Of a DNA stretch of 64,000 nucleotides, positions 30,000 through 40,282 are shown one piece after another. Position numbers and translations under genes: made by a program. This DNA comes from Candidatus Latescibacterota bacterium. GTDB taxonomy: Bacteria; Latescibacterota; UBA2968; GCA-2709665. The notes under the pieces are model-generated. The model made no database searches, was not told the DNA's origin, and was given only the letters and a program-made list of their open reading frames with translations. The DNA lies in NCBI GenBank assembly GCA_965203805.1, contig OZ241917.1:2528001-2592000 (forward strand), read 5' to 3'. Each line of letters begins with the position of its first letter. Positions within the stretch are counted from its first letter, which is position 1.

Positions 30000-30212
30000 G
30001 TGCCCAAAGTCAACACCAAGCGACAGATTACGTTACCGGCTGATCAGTGCCGTTTGGCCGGCATTGAGCCAGGCGACGAGTGCCTGAGTTTCGTGGATGA
30101 TGGCTGCATCACCATCGTCCGCCAACAGCCCGGCAGCGCCTGGGGATGCCTGGCGCATCTTGAAAGGGATCCGACGGTTTCAGACGTGGCGTCGCGCCAG
30201 GACGTCATTTAA
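30000..30212 (+). CDS. AbrB/MazE-type antitoxin
   Basis: KVNTKRQITLPA...GIEPGD swapped-hairpin motif. Confidence 0.8.
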   Translation: MPKVNTKRQITLPADQCRLAGIEPGDECLSFVDDGCITIVRQQPGSAWGCLAHLERDPTVSDVASRQDVI

Positions 30213-30232
30213 AGAGAGCGGGACCAAACGCC

Positions 30233-30297
30233 TTGATCGCACCCGCCACCCCTGTCCTGCAGCGCTATCTCTTGAGAGACGATGAAGCGCAGGTTGA
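30233..30297 (+). pseudogene. VapC (PIN) N-terminal remnant cut by IS21 end
   Basis: MIAPATPVLQRYLLRDDEAQ resembles PIN MIALDTNVLLRYL; second remnant at 32012-32076. Confidence 0.6.
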
Positions 30298-30372
30298 TGT
30301 CAATGATCGCCCATATGCGGCCACATTGCGGGATCGGCCTAATGCGGCCACCTGGTAACAACTGGGCGTTCG
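30298..30372 (+). mobile_element. IS21-family left end remnant 1
   Basis: TGTCAATGATCGCCCATATGCGGCCAC plus internal GATCGGCCTAATGCGGCCAC repeat. Confidence 0.75.
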
Positions 30373-30728
30373 CTTTGGTGGTGGGCGTCTTCCAGCACGA
30401 CGACATCTGGTGACCCCACCTGGATGAATTAGTGGGAGGTTTTCGAATGTACGTATTTTGGCTTATATTTACATTAATGCTATATTTCCCGATTTTTGGT
30501 GAGCTCACAGCAAAGAAAAAGTCGCCTCCACCACCCGGTCTCTGGTCCCCCATCTCGACTGTTCCTCGGCTTCGGCCTACCGACCTCAGCATCGGCCCCA
30601 TAGGTTCCGCAGTCTCGATTCACCCAAAATCCGCAACTCCTGTAGAAACAAGAATATGAAGCTATCCGTACAAGGATAAGGGGTCAGGGATACGGGTGAT
30701 GGGCCTTTGTATCGGTCTATCAAATCGG

Positions 30729-30757
30729 TTGACATTTGGGATGTGGTCGTTATCTTT
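30729..30757 (+). promoter_or_regulatory. Sigma70-like promoter
   Basis: TTGACA-N17-TATCTT upstream of the ORF at 30779. Confidence 0.55.
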
Positions 30758-30778
30758 GTATCAAGAAAGGATCTCTTT

Positions 30779-31228
30779 ATGCCTACGATAATTTCTCAAG
30801 CAGTGGCCTTTCAAGAGATATTTAACAAGATTGAATCGCCCTGCTTACGTATAAAACACACTCTTTCCGATAATTTTGAGACTGAGTTTAAAAAGGGCCT
30901 TGTCCAACGGACACAATGGCTCAATGAATGGATGAGTGCGTTTGAAATGACCAAGGGAGAAAACGTAGAGGCATTAAGAGACAGTAGTTTGTTGGAAACG
31001 ATTGAAGAGTGTGAAGAATTAACTAAACTCGCCGAACAGATATTTTTGTCTTTTTTGCAACAACACGATACCACTGATAATGAGTTTTTGAAAACACTCA
31101 GGACATTTATCGGACATTTGCAAGAACTTAGATGGGAAATACTAATTCAGCAAGGACGAGAGGACCAACCTGTGTCGGATAAAGTACATAAGACCGCAGA
31201 CTCATTTATGGAGTCTTTGAGAATTTGA
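30779..31228 (+). CDS. Putative antitoxin of RelE-like toxin
   Basis: Overlaps toxin start; acidic helical protein ending KTADSFMESL, like RelB tails. Confidence 0.55.
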   Translation: MPTIISQAVAFQEIFNKIESPCLRIKHTLSDNFETEFKKGLVQRTQWLNEWMSAFEMTKGENVEALRDSSLLETIEECEELTKLAEQIFLSFLQQHDTTDNEFLKTLRTFIGHLQELRWEILIQQGREDQPVSDKVHKTADSFMESLRI

Positions 31229-31230
31229 AA

Positions 31231-31563
31231 ATGAATAAACTTTATCAATTTACAGATCTGACATTCGAAGACTTTGGTAAGAATTTCAGAAAACAATTTG
31301 GTAAATTGCCCCAACGTGGACAAGAAGCTTTTGAAACTACGTTGGGGAAAATTTTGACTGGGACTCTTTCTGGCGGAAATCAACTTGAAACAATCGAAAG
31401 CATAGACAATTTGATACTATACAGTGTGAGATTGGACATTAGTCTAAGATTTTTATTTGAGGTCGATATTGCGACTAATTTGGCAAAACCCATCGCAGTT
31501 GGAACACATGACAAAGTGTATGAAAGAGCACTAAAAGCGTGGCGAGAACAGCATAAGCGTTAG
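31231..31563 (+). CDS. RelE/ParE-like toxin
   Basis: FRKQFGKLP, LYSVRLDISLRFLF, IAVGTHDKVY. Confidence 0.75.
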   Translation: MNKLYQFTDLTFEDFGKNFRKQFGKLPQRGQEAFETTLGKILTGTLSGGNQLETIESIDNLILYSVRLDISLRFLFEVDIATNLAKPIAVGTHDKVYERALKAWREQHKR

Positions 31564-31716
31564 TCACAATCGAAACTGGCAACCTATTAATTCACCTCTA
31601 TTTCAAGATTGGCATACGTATTACGGCCCGTGTAACTTAGTGTAATTTTGTTAGGGAAACATCTCCAGTTGTGGTGCCTGCTTGTATTCCTTCCTTCTGC
31701 ATTCTTCCTTCAGGTT

Positions 31717-31880
31717 TGTTAATGATCGACCATATGCGGCCACTGCGGGGTCGGCATAATCAGGCCACCTGAAGATCGGCCTAATGCGGCCACATGGTAA
31801 CAATTGGGCGTTCGGACGTCCCGTCAACGTTTCTACCAATCTGAACCCCCGCAGCAGGCCACGCGCATATCCTGCTTTTC
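31717..31880 (+). mobile_element. IS21-family left end remnant 2
   Basis: TGTTAATGATCGACCATATGCGGCCAC with three internal repeats. Confidence 0.75.
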
Positions 31881-31917
31881 CTTCTCCCTTCTGCATTCTT
31901 CCTTCTTCCTTTCTCAT

Positions 31918-32098
31918 CCTGGGGATGCCTGGCGGGCCTTGAAGGGGATCCGACGGTTTCAGACGAGGCGTCGCGCCAGGACGCCATTGCAAGAAAGCAG
32001 GACCAAACGCCGTGATCGCACTCGTCACCCATGTCCTGCTACGCTATCTCTTGAGAGACGACGAAGCGCTGGCTGACGTTAATGATCACCGATATGCA
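31918..32098 (+). repeat. Diverged duplicate of 30139-30320 (antitoxin 3' end, vapC start, IS21 tip remnant 3)
   Basis: Colinear cctggggatgcctggcg...gctatctcttgagagacga...aatgatc. Confidence 0.8.
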
Positions 32099-32187
32099 CG
32101 ATCGTATGGCCTTTCATATCAAACCTCCCCACATTAAAGATGATTGGTATCATCACCAGTGTAGGGAGACCCCCTCCAAATATCAAG

Positions 32188-32226
32188 AAAAGCCCCTGGG
32201 CTGCTCATCACAGCCCAGGGGCTCTT
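32188..32226 (-). terminator. Rho-independent terminator
   Basis: AGCCCCTGGGCTG-loop-CAGCCCAGGGGCT stem followed by TTTT on the minus strand. Confidence 0.7.
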
Positions 32227-32241
32227 GGGGGGTGCAAAGCC

Positions 32242-32409
32242 TTACTTATTCGAACTTTTGTTCCCACTACTGCGATTCAATTGCACAGAGCGATTGTCCC
32301 TTGCAGCCTTATGCGCAGGGCTGGTCGGATTTTGCTGATTCGCGTGGTGATTACGGTCGCCCTGGGACCAGTTACTACTGCCTTTGCCACTGCCTTTACT
32401 TCGACCCAT
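32242..32409 (-). CDS. 55-aa small hydrophilic protein (NHHANQQNP motif)
   Basis: Hand translation MGRSKGSGKGSSNWSQGDRNHHANQQNPTSPAHKAARDNRSVQLNRSSGNKSSNK; SD AAGGGGGTGA; terminator directly downstream. Confidence 0.65.
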   Translation of the reverse strand: MGRSKGSGKGSSNWSQGDRNHHANQQNPTSPAHKAARDNRSVQLNRSSGNKSSNK

Positions 32410-32640
32410 TTCTGATCACCCCCTTTAATTTGTAGGTCTGTGGTCTTAGATTCGCGAACCAACACTTAGGTTTCATTCTGTCAATACACATAACCGAAAT
32501 CAGCCAACGCCCGATCAAGCATCTCCTTTACCGCTTGCCCTTCGCGGTCCGGCCACTGCACTGCTCGGACCGCTCAATACAAGGCCCCTGCCGCGAATCT
32601 ATGTCCTATTCACTTGAAAATCCGGGTCTCCGTTAATGAT

Positions 32641-32810
32641 TGTTAATGATCGCCCATATGCGGCCACTTCAGGATCGGCCTAATCAGGCCACCCGGGATG
32701 AGATAAGGGTTTCGGACTTCCCGTCGACGTTTCTACCAGCTTGAATCCCCGCGACAGACCAGGCGCCTTTCCGGCTCTTATTTCTTCCTTCTGCATTCTT
32801 CCTTCTTCCT
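32641..32810 (+). mobile_element. IS21-family left end remnant 4
   Basis: TGTTAATGATCGCCCATATGCGGCCACTTCAGGATCGGCCTAATCAGGCCACC, preceded by a 10-bp partial copy CGTTAATGAT. Confidence 0.78.
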
Positions 32811-33038
32811 TCAGATTTCGGCCGCGTGTCGCTCGTGCTGCCTGATAGGTGACCCCGATGAACGATTTCATCGGGGTTTTTTCTGTGTCGCATAATACGA
32901 CGAATGTGGCGCGAAATGCGTCATTTTCTGTTGGGGCCGCATTGACCAACAATGAAGATTGTCGTATATTGCGTCATTTATAGAATAACATGTATAGGTC
33001 GATCGAATAAGGCGAGTTTAAGAAATAGGACGTTCGCA

Positions 33039-35804
33039 GTGACTGACATTGTCCGCACTCCGGAACAAAAGGCACGCGCAAAGATCGATGCGAAGTTGAA
33101 TCAGGCTGGCTGGCAGGTGCAGTCGAAGAACGAGATCGACTTCAGCGCCGGCCTCGGGATCGCCGTGCGTGAGTATCAGACGGATATCGGACCGGCCGAC
33201 TACGTACTATTCGTTGACAGGGAAGCTGTGGGCGTCGTCGAGGCAAAGTCGGAGGAGTGGGGCCACAAGATTACGACCGTCGAAAATCAGTCTGGCGCTT
33301 ATGCTGCTGCCGAGTTGAAATGGGTGAACAATAAAGAACCCCTGCCGTTCGTCTATGAAACGACGGGTGTGTTGACGCGATTCACCAACGGTCGCGACCC
33401 GAAACCCCGGTCCCGCGAGGTCTTCAACTTCCCCCGGCCAGACACGATACGTGAATGGCGCACGCAGAGCGCTTCGCTCCGTGGCCGGTTGCAACGGCTA
33501 CCGGAACTCGACCCTGTAGGTCTCCGTGAGTGCCAGATCGGCGCTATCGAAAAACTGGAATCATCTTTCAAGGATAATCGCCAACGCGCGCTCGTACAGA
33601 TGGCCACAGGCTCGGGCAAGACCTACACAGCAATCACCTCGATCTACCGGTTGCTCAAATACGCAAACGCCAGGCGGATCCTGTTTCTGGTAGATACACG
33701 CCATCTTGGCGAGCAGGCTGAGCAGGAATTCATGGCCTACGTTCCCAGTGACGATAACCGTAAATTCACCGAACTCTATAACGTACAGCGTCTCAAGTCT
33801 TCCTTCGTCGCTCAGGACAGTCAGGTCTGCATCAGCACCATCCAGCGTATGTATTCGCTGCTGAAGGGCGAGGAGATCGACGAAACCGCGGAAGAAATTA
33901 ACCCGGCGGAGTTGGTGCAGCCAGGTCAACCGATGGAGGTCGTCTACAACGAGAAGATTCCGCCTGAGTTTTTCGACTTCATCATCATTGACGAGTGCCA
34001 CCGGTCCATCTACAACCTCTGGCGCCAGGTCCTCGACTACTTCGACGCCTTCCTCATTGGTCTCACTGCCACGCCTGACAACCGCACCTACGGATTCTTC
34101 AAGAAAAACGTCGTCAGCGAATACACTCATGAACAAGCCGTCGCGGACGGCGTCAACGTCGGTAACGAAGTCTACGTAATCGACACTGAACGGACAAAAC
34201 ACGGCGGCCGGATCAAGGCCAATCAGCATGTCGAAAGACGCGAACGCCTCACGCGGCGCAAGCGCTGGGAGATTCAGGACGAGGATCTTGACTATACCAG
34301 ACAAGAACTGGATCGCACCGTTGTCAATCCCGATCAGATCAGAACGGTCGTCCGTACGTTTCGAGACAGTCGGACGGAGATATTTCCTGGCCGCGAAGAG
34401 GTGCCCAAGACACTGATTTTCGCCAAGACGGATAGCCACGCCGACGACATCATCCAGACGGTGAGGGAGGAATTCGACGAAGGCAATGAGTTCTGCAAGA
34501 AAGTCACATACAAATCCGAAGAGGACCCGAAATCCGTCCTCGCCCAATTCCGAAACGGCTATTATCCACGCATTGCTGTCACCGTGGATATGATTGCGAC
34601 GGGTACCGACGTGCGACCACTCGAATGCCTGCTATTCATGCGTGATGTGAGGAGCCGCAATTACTTTGAGCAGATGAAGGGCCGTGGGACACGTATCCTG
34701 GAACAGGACGATCTCAAAAAGGTCTCACCCTCTGCCGTCAGCGGAAAGACTCACTACGTTGTTGTGGACGCCGTCGGCGTCACGAAATCGCTCAAGACCG
34801 CCAGCCAGCCGCTCATCACGAAGCCGTCAGTTCCACTTAAGGATCTTGCAATGGGCGTGATGATGGGCGCCCACGATGAGGATACGGTGGGCTCACTCGC
34901 CGGCCGCCTCGCAAGGCTGAACCAGCAACTCGATTCAAGTGAACTGGAACGTATCCGTGAAAAAGCAGGCGGTATCGACCTTACCAGGATCGTCGGCGAT
35001 TTGGTGGCAGCCATCGACCCCGACCGGATTGACGCGAAGGCCCGCGAAATCGAAGTTGTGCCTGAGCATGCCGATCCGTCATCCCCCGCCCTCTTCCAGG
35101 CGCGGGAAGAGCTGGTACGCAAAGCGGCCAGGGTGTTCAACGGCGAGTTGATTGAACTGATCGACTCGATCCGCCGCGACAAAGAACAGACCATCGACAA
35201 CGAAGGTCTTGATACCGTGCTCCGCGCGGAATGGGAAGGCGACGCGCACAAAAATGCCGAGGCCGTTGCGAAAGACTTCCGGGAGTATCTCGAAGCCAAT
35301 CGCGATGAAATCGAAGCCCTTGCCATCTTCTACGCCGAACCGTACAGACGAAGAGACCTTACATTTGAGATGATCCGCGAGGTTTTGGAAAAGCTCAAAA
35401 CTGATCGGCCTCGACTCGCCCCTTTTCGTGTTTGGCAGGCATACTCCGTGCTCGATGACTACAAGGGCGGGCAACCGGCTAGTGAACTGACCACGCTCGT
35501 GGCTTTGATCCGCCGAGTCTGCGGCTGTGATAGCAAGCTCTCGACCTATTCGGATACGGTGCACCGCAACTTCCAGAATTGGATTATGACACACCACAGC
35601 GGCAGCGGAGAGAAATTCAACGAAGATCAAATGGACTGGTTGCGCATGATCCGTGACCACATCACCACCTCGTTTCATCTGGACCGCGACGATCTGGACA
35701 TGGCTCCATTCGATAGCAAGGGTGGCTTGGGGCAGATGTACAAGCTCTTCGGCGACCGAATGGATGATGTGATTGATGAGTTAAACGAGGCACTGGCGGC
35801 ATGA
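33039..35804 (+). CDS. hsdR: Type I restriction enzyme R subunit (EcoEI-like)
   Basis: ADYVL..VEAK nuclease, MATGSGKT, DECHRS, GLTATP, QMKGRGTR; GTG start downstream of TTGACC-N17-TATATT. Confidence 0.93.
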   Translation: MTDIVRTPEQKARAKIDAKLNQAGWQVQSKNEIDFSAGLGIAVREYQTDIGPADYVLFVDREAVGVVEAKSEEWGHKITTVENQSGAYAAAELKWVNNKEPLPFVYETTGVLTRFTNGRDPKPRSREVFNFPRPDTIREWRTQSASLRGRLQRLPELDPVGLRECQIGAIEKLESSFKDNRQRALVQMATGSGKTYTAITSIYRLLKYANARRILFLVDTRHLGEQAEQEFMAYVPSDDNRKFTELYNVQRLKSSFVAQDSQVCISTIQRMYSLLKGEEIDETAEEINPAELVQPGQPMEVVYNEKIPPEFFDFIIIDECHRSIYNLWRQVLDYFDAFLIGLTATPDNRTYGFFKKNVVSEYTHEQAVADGVNVGNEVYVIDTERTKHGGRIKANQHVERRERLTRRKRWEIQDEDLDYTRQELDRTVVNPDQIRTVVRTFRDSRTEIFPGREEVPKTLIFAKTDSHADDIIQTVREEFDEGNEFCKKVTYKSEEDPKSVLAQFRNGYYPRIAVTVDMIATGTDVRPLECLLFMRDVRSRNYFEQMKGRGTRILEQDDLKKVSPSAVSGKTHYVVVDAVGVTKSLKTASQPLITKPSVPLKDLAMGVMMGAHDEDTVGSLAGRLARLNQQLDSSELERIREKAGGIDLTRIVGDLVAAIDPDRIDAKAREIEVVPEHADPSSPALFQAREELVRKAARVFNGELIELIDSIRRDKEQTIDNEGLDTVLRAEWEGDAHKNAEAVAKDFREYLEANRDEIEALAIFYAEPYRRRDLTFEMIREVLEKLKTDRPRLAPFRVWQAYSVLDDYKGGQPASELTTLVALIRRVCGCDSKLSTYSDTVHRNFQNWIMTHHSGSGEKFNEDQMDWLRMIRDHITTSFHLDRDDLDMAPFDSKGGLGQMYKLFGDRMDDVIDELNEALAA

Positions 35805-37339
35805 CTGCGATCAAGCAACTTCCGATCGGCTGGGCCACTACGACTGTCGGTGAAGTCGCTACTTACCAGAATGGGCGCGCGTTCAAACCATCCGAATGGG
35901 GAACCGCAGGGTTGCCTATTATTCGAATACAAAATCTTAACGATACAAATGCCAACTACAATTTCACGGATGAACAACATGAAGAACGGTTCAAAGTCAA
36001 GAGTGGAGACCTATTGTTTGCCTGGTCCGCATCACTAGGTGCGTATATCTGGCAAGGCCAAGACGCTTGGCTAAACCAACATATCTTCAGAGTTGATCAT
36101 TTGAAGATGATAGACCGGCTGTTTCTTTACTATGCACTGACAAATATAACCGCCGATCTATACGCCAAAGCTCATGGTTCGGGTATGGTTCACGTAACGA
36201 AGGCAAGATTCGAAGAGACAAAGATATCGTTGCCCCCTTTAGTTGAACAACGCCGCATCGTAGCCAAGATCGAGGAATTGCTCTCCGAATTGGATAAGGG
36301 CATCGAGAGCCTGAAGGCGGCGCGGGCGAAGCTCGATGCATACCGCCAGGCCGTTCTCAAGCACGCCTTCGAAGGCAAGCTCACGGCGCAATGGCGCGAA
36401 GAGAACAAAGACAATCTTGAGACGCCTGAGCAATTGATCGCTCGCATCAAGCGGGAGCGAGAAGCCCACTATGAGCAGCAGTTAGCCGAATGGAAAAAGT
36501 CCGTTGATGAATGGGAGGCTATTGGGAAGCCCAGCAAAAAGCCTAGCAAACCAATGATGGCAAAGAAGCTGCCGCCACTGACGAAAGCGGAGCTGACGGC
36601 GTTGCCAGAACTACCGAAGGGATGGAGATGGGTGCAGTACGGAACCCTTACCGAGATTGTGAGGAACGGGATTTCGCGAAAACCAACGGGAGAAAAAGGG
36701 GAGAAAATTTCCCGGATTAGCGCAGTAAGACCAATGAATTTCAATATGGACGATTACCGTTACATAGACAACCATGATGTCGAACTTGACGACTATCTGC
36801 TCCGAAAAGGTGATGTAGTATTTACAAGGTATAATGGATCGCGGCAGTTCGTTGGGGTGTGTGCCGAATACCGCTCCGACGAGAAGCGAGTCTTTCCAGA
36901 CAAACTCATACAAACGAGAGTCTTCTCAGGAACTGTGAGCTCTAGTTTCATCGAAAAGGCCGCACACTCTGGGGCCTCACGAAGATTTATTGAGTCTAGG
37001 ATTAGGACTACAGCGGGACAATCTGGGGTCTCCGGCTCGGACATAAAGTGCCTCCCTATTCCACTCTGTCCGAAAGCAGAGCAACGTGCGGTCGTTAAGC
37101 TTCTTGAATCAAAACTCGCTACTATTGACCGACTCGAAACTCAGATCGAAGAGAACTCTCGCAGAGTCGAAGCCTTGCGCCAAAGCATTCTCAAGAAAGC
37201 CTTTGCAGGCGAACTCGTTCCGCAGGATCCTCACGACGAACCAGCCTCAGTTCTACTTAGTCGAATCAGGACCGAAAGAGAGAAGGTCACACGGAAGAAC
37301 CAATCCACAAAAACAAAGAAAGGAAGGACGCCTACATGA
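35801..37339 (+). CDS. hsdS: Type I RM specificity subunit
   Basis: Two TRDs, LPPLVEQRRIV, LRQSILKKAFAGELVPQDP. Confidence 0.93.
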   Translation: MTAIKQLPIGWATTTVGEVATYQNGRAFKPSEWGTAGLPIIRIQNLNDTNANYNFTDEQHEERFKVKSGDLLFAWSASLGAYIWQGQDAWLNQHIFRVDHLKMIDRLFLYYALTNITADLYAKAHGSGMVHVTKARFEETKISLPPLVEQRRIVAKIEELLSELDKGIESLKAARAKLDAYRQAVLKHAFEGKLTAQWREENKDNLETPEQLIARIKREREAHYEQQLAEWKKSVDEWEAIGKPSKKPSKPMMAKKLPPLTKAELTALPELPKGWRWVQYGTLTEIVRNGISRKPTGEKGEKISRISAVRPMNFNMDDYRYIDNHDVELDDYLLRKGDVVFTRYNGSRQFVGVCAEYRSDEKRVFPDKLIQTRVFSGTVSSSFIEKAAHSGASRRFIESRIRTTAGQSGVSGSDIKCLPIPLCPKAEQRAVVKLLESKLATIDRLETQIEENSRRVEALRQSILKKAFAGELVPQDPHDEPASVLLSRIRTEREKVTRKNQSTKTKKGRTPT

Positions 37340-38823
37340 ACACCGCTCCCATCGTCTCCAGAGTGTGGAACTTCTGCACCACCCTTCGCGATGACGGGGT
37401 GAGCTATGGGGACTATCTGGAGCAGCTCACCTATTTAATCTTCCTCAAAATGGCCGATGAGTACGGCAACCCCCCCTACAATCGAGATGTCGGCATACCG
37501 GCAGACCTTAACTGGCAGAGCTTGAAGTCAAAAAGGGGCTCGGAACTCGACGGCCATTACGCCGCCCTCCTCCGCGAACTCGGGACGAAGACCGGCATGC
37601 TTGGTCAGATCTTTACCAAGTCCCAAAACAAGATCCAGGACCCTGCAAAGCTATACAGCTTGGTCGACATGGTAGATGACACCGAGTGGGTCACCTTGGA
37701 TGCCGACGTAAAGGGCGACATTTACGAAGGGCTTCTTGAGAAGAATGCGGAGGATACCAAGTCAGGCGCAGGACAGTATTTCACGCCTCGAGCACTCATT
37801 CGTGCAATGGTCGAGTGTGTACGCCCCGAACCGGGCACGCTAATCGCCGACCCGGCCTGCGGTACAGGTGGATTCTTTCTCGCCGTATACGACTTCATCA
37901 CCAACGCGGACAATTTCAACCTGGACAAGGATCAGAAGGCGTTCTTAAAGCACAATGCATTTCACGGAAACGAGATCGTCGCCAATACCCGCCGTCTGTG
38001 CCTGATGAACATGTTCCTCCACAACATTGGGGAGATCGACGGTGGTGTACCCATATCGCCCTATGATTCGCTGGTGGCCGATTCAGGCGACAGGTTTGAC
38101 TATGTGCTGGCAAATCCGCCCTTCGGAAAGAAGAGCTCCATGAGCTTTACGAACGAGGAGGGTGAACAGGCAAGGGACGACCTGACCTATAACCGACAGG
38201 ATTTCTGGGCGACGACCTCGAATAAGCAACTCAATTTCGTGCAGCACATCCGCACAATGCTTAAGACCACTGGCAGAGCCGCGGTCGTGGTTCCGGACAA
38301 CGTCCTGTTCGAAGGCGGAGCCGGCGAGACGGTCCGCAAGAAGCTGCTGGACAACACCGACCTGCACACGATCCTCCGCCTGCCGACGGGCGTGTTCTAC
38401 GCACAAGGCGTCAAGGCCAATGTGATCTTCTTCGACAATCACGAAGCCAGTCCATCACCATGGACGAGGAAGGTGTGGTACTATGACTACCGAACCAATA
38501 TTCACCACACACTGAAAAAGAAGCCGATGCGCTTTGAAGATCTGTCTGAATTCATCGAGTGCTACAATCCGAAAAACCGGCATCAGCGCAAGGCGACCTG
38601 GGACGAAAACGACGCATCGGAAGGCCGTTGGCGAAGCTACAGCTACGAGGAGATATGCGCGCGCGACAAGACCAGCCTCGACATCTTCTGGCTCAAGGAC
38701 AAGAGCCTGACCGACCTGGACAACCTGCCCGAACCCGACGAACTTGCCGAAGAGATCATCGAGAATCTCGAAGCTGGGCTCAACAGCTTTCGCCAGGTTC
38801 TGGCGGAATTGGGGACGCGGTGA
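37336..38823 (+). CDS. hsdM: Type I RM N6-adenine methyltransferase
   Basis: GQYFTPR, DPACGTGGF, NPPF. Confidence 0.95.
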   Translation: MNTAPIVSRVWNFCTTLRDDGVSYGDYLEQLTYLIFLKMADEYGNPPYNRDVGIPADLNWQSLKSKRGSELDGHYAALLRELGTKTGMLGQIFTKSQNKIQDPAKLYSLVDMVDDTEWVTLDADVKGDIYEGLLEKNAEDTKSGAGQYFTPRALIRAMVECVRPEPGTLIADPACGTGGFFLAVYDFITNADNFNLDKDQKAFLKHNAFHGNEIVANTRRLCLMNMFLHNIGEIDGGVPISPYDSLVADSGDRFDYVLANPPFGKKSSMSFTNEEGEQARDDLTYNRQDFWATTSNKQLNFVQHIRTMLKTTGRAAVVVPDNVLFEGGAGETVRKKLLDNTDLHTILRLPTGVFYAQGVKANVIFFDNHEASPSPWTRKVWYYDYRTNIHHTLKKKPMRFEDLSEFIECYNPKNRHQRKATWDENDASEGRWRSYSYEEICARDKTSLDIFWLKDKSLTDLDNLPEPDELAEEIIENLEAGLNSFRQVLAELGTR

Positions 38824-38899
38824 CAGACGTTTCTGGCTCGATAATTTTTCGCCTACCAAGACGGGATGTTGCCATGAAGACTACCGATAAGCTCTTTGC

Positions 38900-40282
38900 A
38901 TGGGAGTGCTTGTGAATACGGCTGGACATCATGGAATCACAGACATTGATGTGCTTGCGCTGTCTGTGCGTGACAACGAGTCGCGCCGACTGATCGGTGA
39001 AGCGATAACCGCCTATCGCGGGAGCGCTTTGCGGTCTGCAATAGTGTCAACATGGATTGCTGTTGTGTATGATATCATTGCCAAGGCTCGAGAGTTGACC
39101 GCTCAAGGCGAAGCGGCTTCCCGCGTGCTCGTTCATGATTTGGACAATGCGATTAAGGCTGGTGGCAACCGAGAGATGCAGAAGTTTGAATCTGAGTTGT
39201 TAATCAAGGCAGTCAGAGATCTTCAGCTTCTTGCTCCGCATGAATACACGGCCTTCGAGCGGCTACAGCGAGATCGGCATCTTTGTGCACATCCTGCCTT
39301 TGTCGTCAAAGATGAGCTCTATCAGCCGTCACCTGAACTGGTTAGGTCACATATCGTCCACGCCCTAGAATACCTACTGGTGAAGGCTCCGCTGCAGGGG
39401 AAAAGTGCAATTGCCCGATTCGATGCTGATCTACTTGGCTCGTCTTTCCCAACGACAGCGGAGGAAATAGGCAGTTTTATTCGCACGAGGTATTTGGACC
39501 AGGCGAAGGATGTCCTAGTGATCAATCTCCTCAAGGCGATAGTCAGTGCGCCATTTGGTGCTGAAAACGCCAAATATGCAAGTAAGATCCGGACGCTCGC
39601 CCTGACGCTACGCGAGATCGCGAACGCCGAAACGCGGATCTTTGACACGGAGATGCCCAGCATCATAGCTCGGAAATTCGAAAGCATTGAAGAGGACGTC
39701 CTACTCCGCATCTGTCCGTTCATTGCATACGAGCCGCGCATTTGGGACTGGCTTAAAGAATCCGACCGCATCCGTACCAGACGACTTCTTGAGACTGCTG
39801 ATACGGAAACCCTAAAATCCTGCTGTGCGTTCGACGCAATTGTAGCCGATCCCGTGTCGAAAATCCTTTCTGACCGGTTTGATACCTTCGAAAAAGCCGT
39901 ACAGATCAGCATTATCGCAGAGCACCCAAGCAAGGAATTCGTCTGCAAGGGAATTGAACTCTACTCCGATGCCGTAAGTTACCGTCATGCCGAAGAACTC
40001 GGTCGGTCAGTTATTTTGTCCCTCGCTGAGTACTTCGATAGCGCAGATGTTGAAGCGGTGCTGAAGGCCGCCAGCGAAAATGGGCAAATCTGGAATGCGC
40101 ATGGGACGCCCGACATCCTTGAACGACTGTTCGATGAGACCGTTTCTCTTCTTAGCGAAAGCCGACCTCACTGGGAAGATTTCGTTCGCGGTCAGATAGA
40201 CCGCGCCGATGGCGACTTTTCGGACCGCTATAGATATCCTGGATTGCAGAAGAGACTCGACTGGAATGCGGAGAAAACCTGA
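38900..40282 (+). CDS. Hypothetical protein with HEPN-like N-terminus
   Basis: EAITAY...RSAIVSTWIAV helix and RHLCAH (Rx4H); helical C-terminus. Confidence 0.7.
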   Translation: MGVLVNTAGHHGITDIDVLALSVRDNESRRLIGEAITAYRGSALRSAIVSTWIAVVYDIIAKARELTAQGEAASRVLVHDLDNAIKAGGNREMQKFESELLIKAVRDLQLLAPHEYTAFERLQRDRHLCAHPAFVVKDELYQPSPELVRSHIVHALEYLLVKAPLQGKSAIARFDADLLGSSFPTTAEEIGSFIRTRYLDQAKDVLVINLLKAIVSAPFGAENAKYASKIRTLALTLREIANAETRIFDTEMPSIIARKFESIEEDVLLRICPFIAYEPRIWDWLKESDRIRTRRLLETADTETLKSCCAFDAIVADPVSKILSDRFDTFEKAVQISIIAEHPSKEFVCKGIELYSDAVSYRHAEELGRSVILSLAEYFDSADVEAVLKAASENGQIWNAHGTPDILERLFDETVSLLSESRPHWEDFVRGQIDRADGDFSDRYRYPGLQKRLDWNAEKT

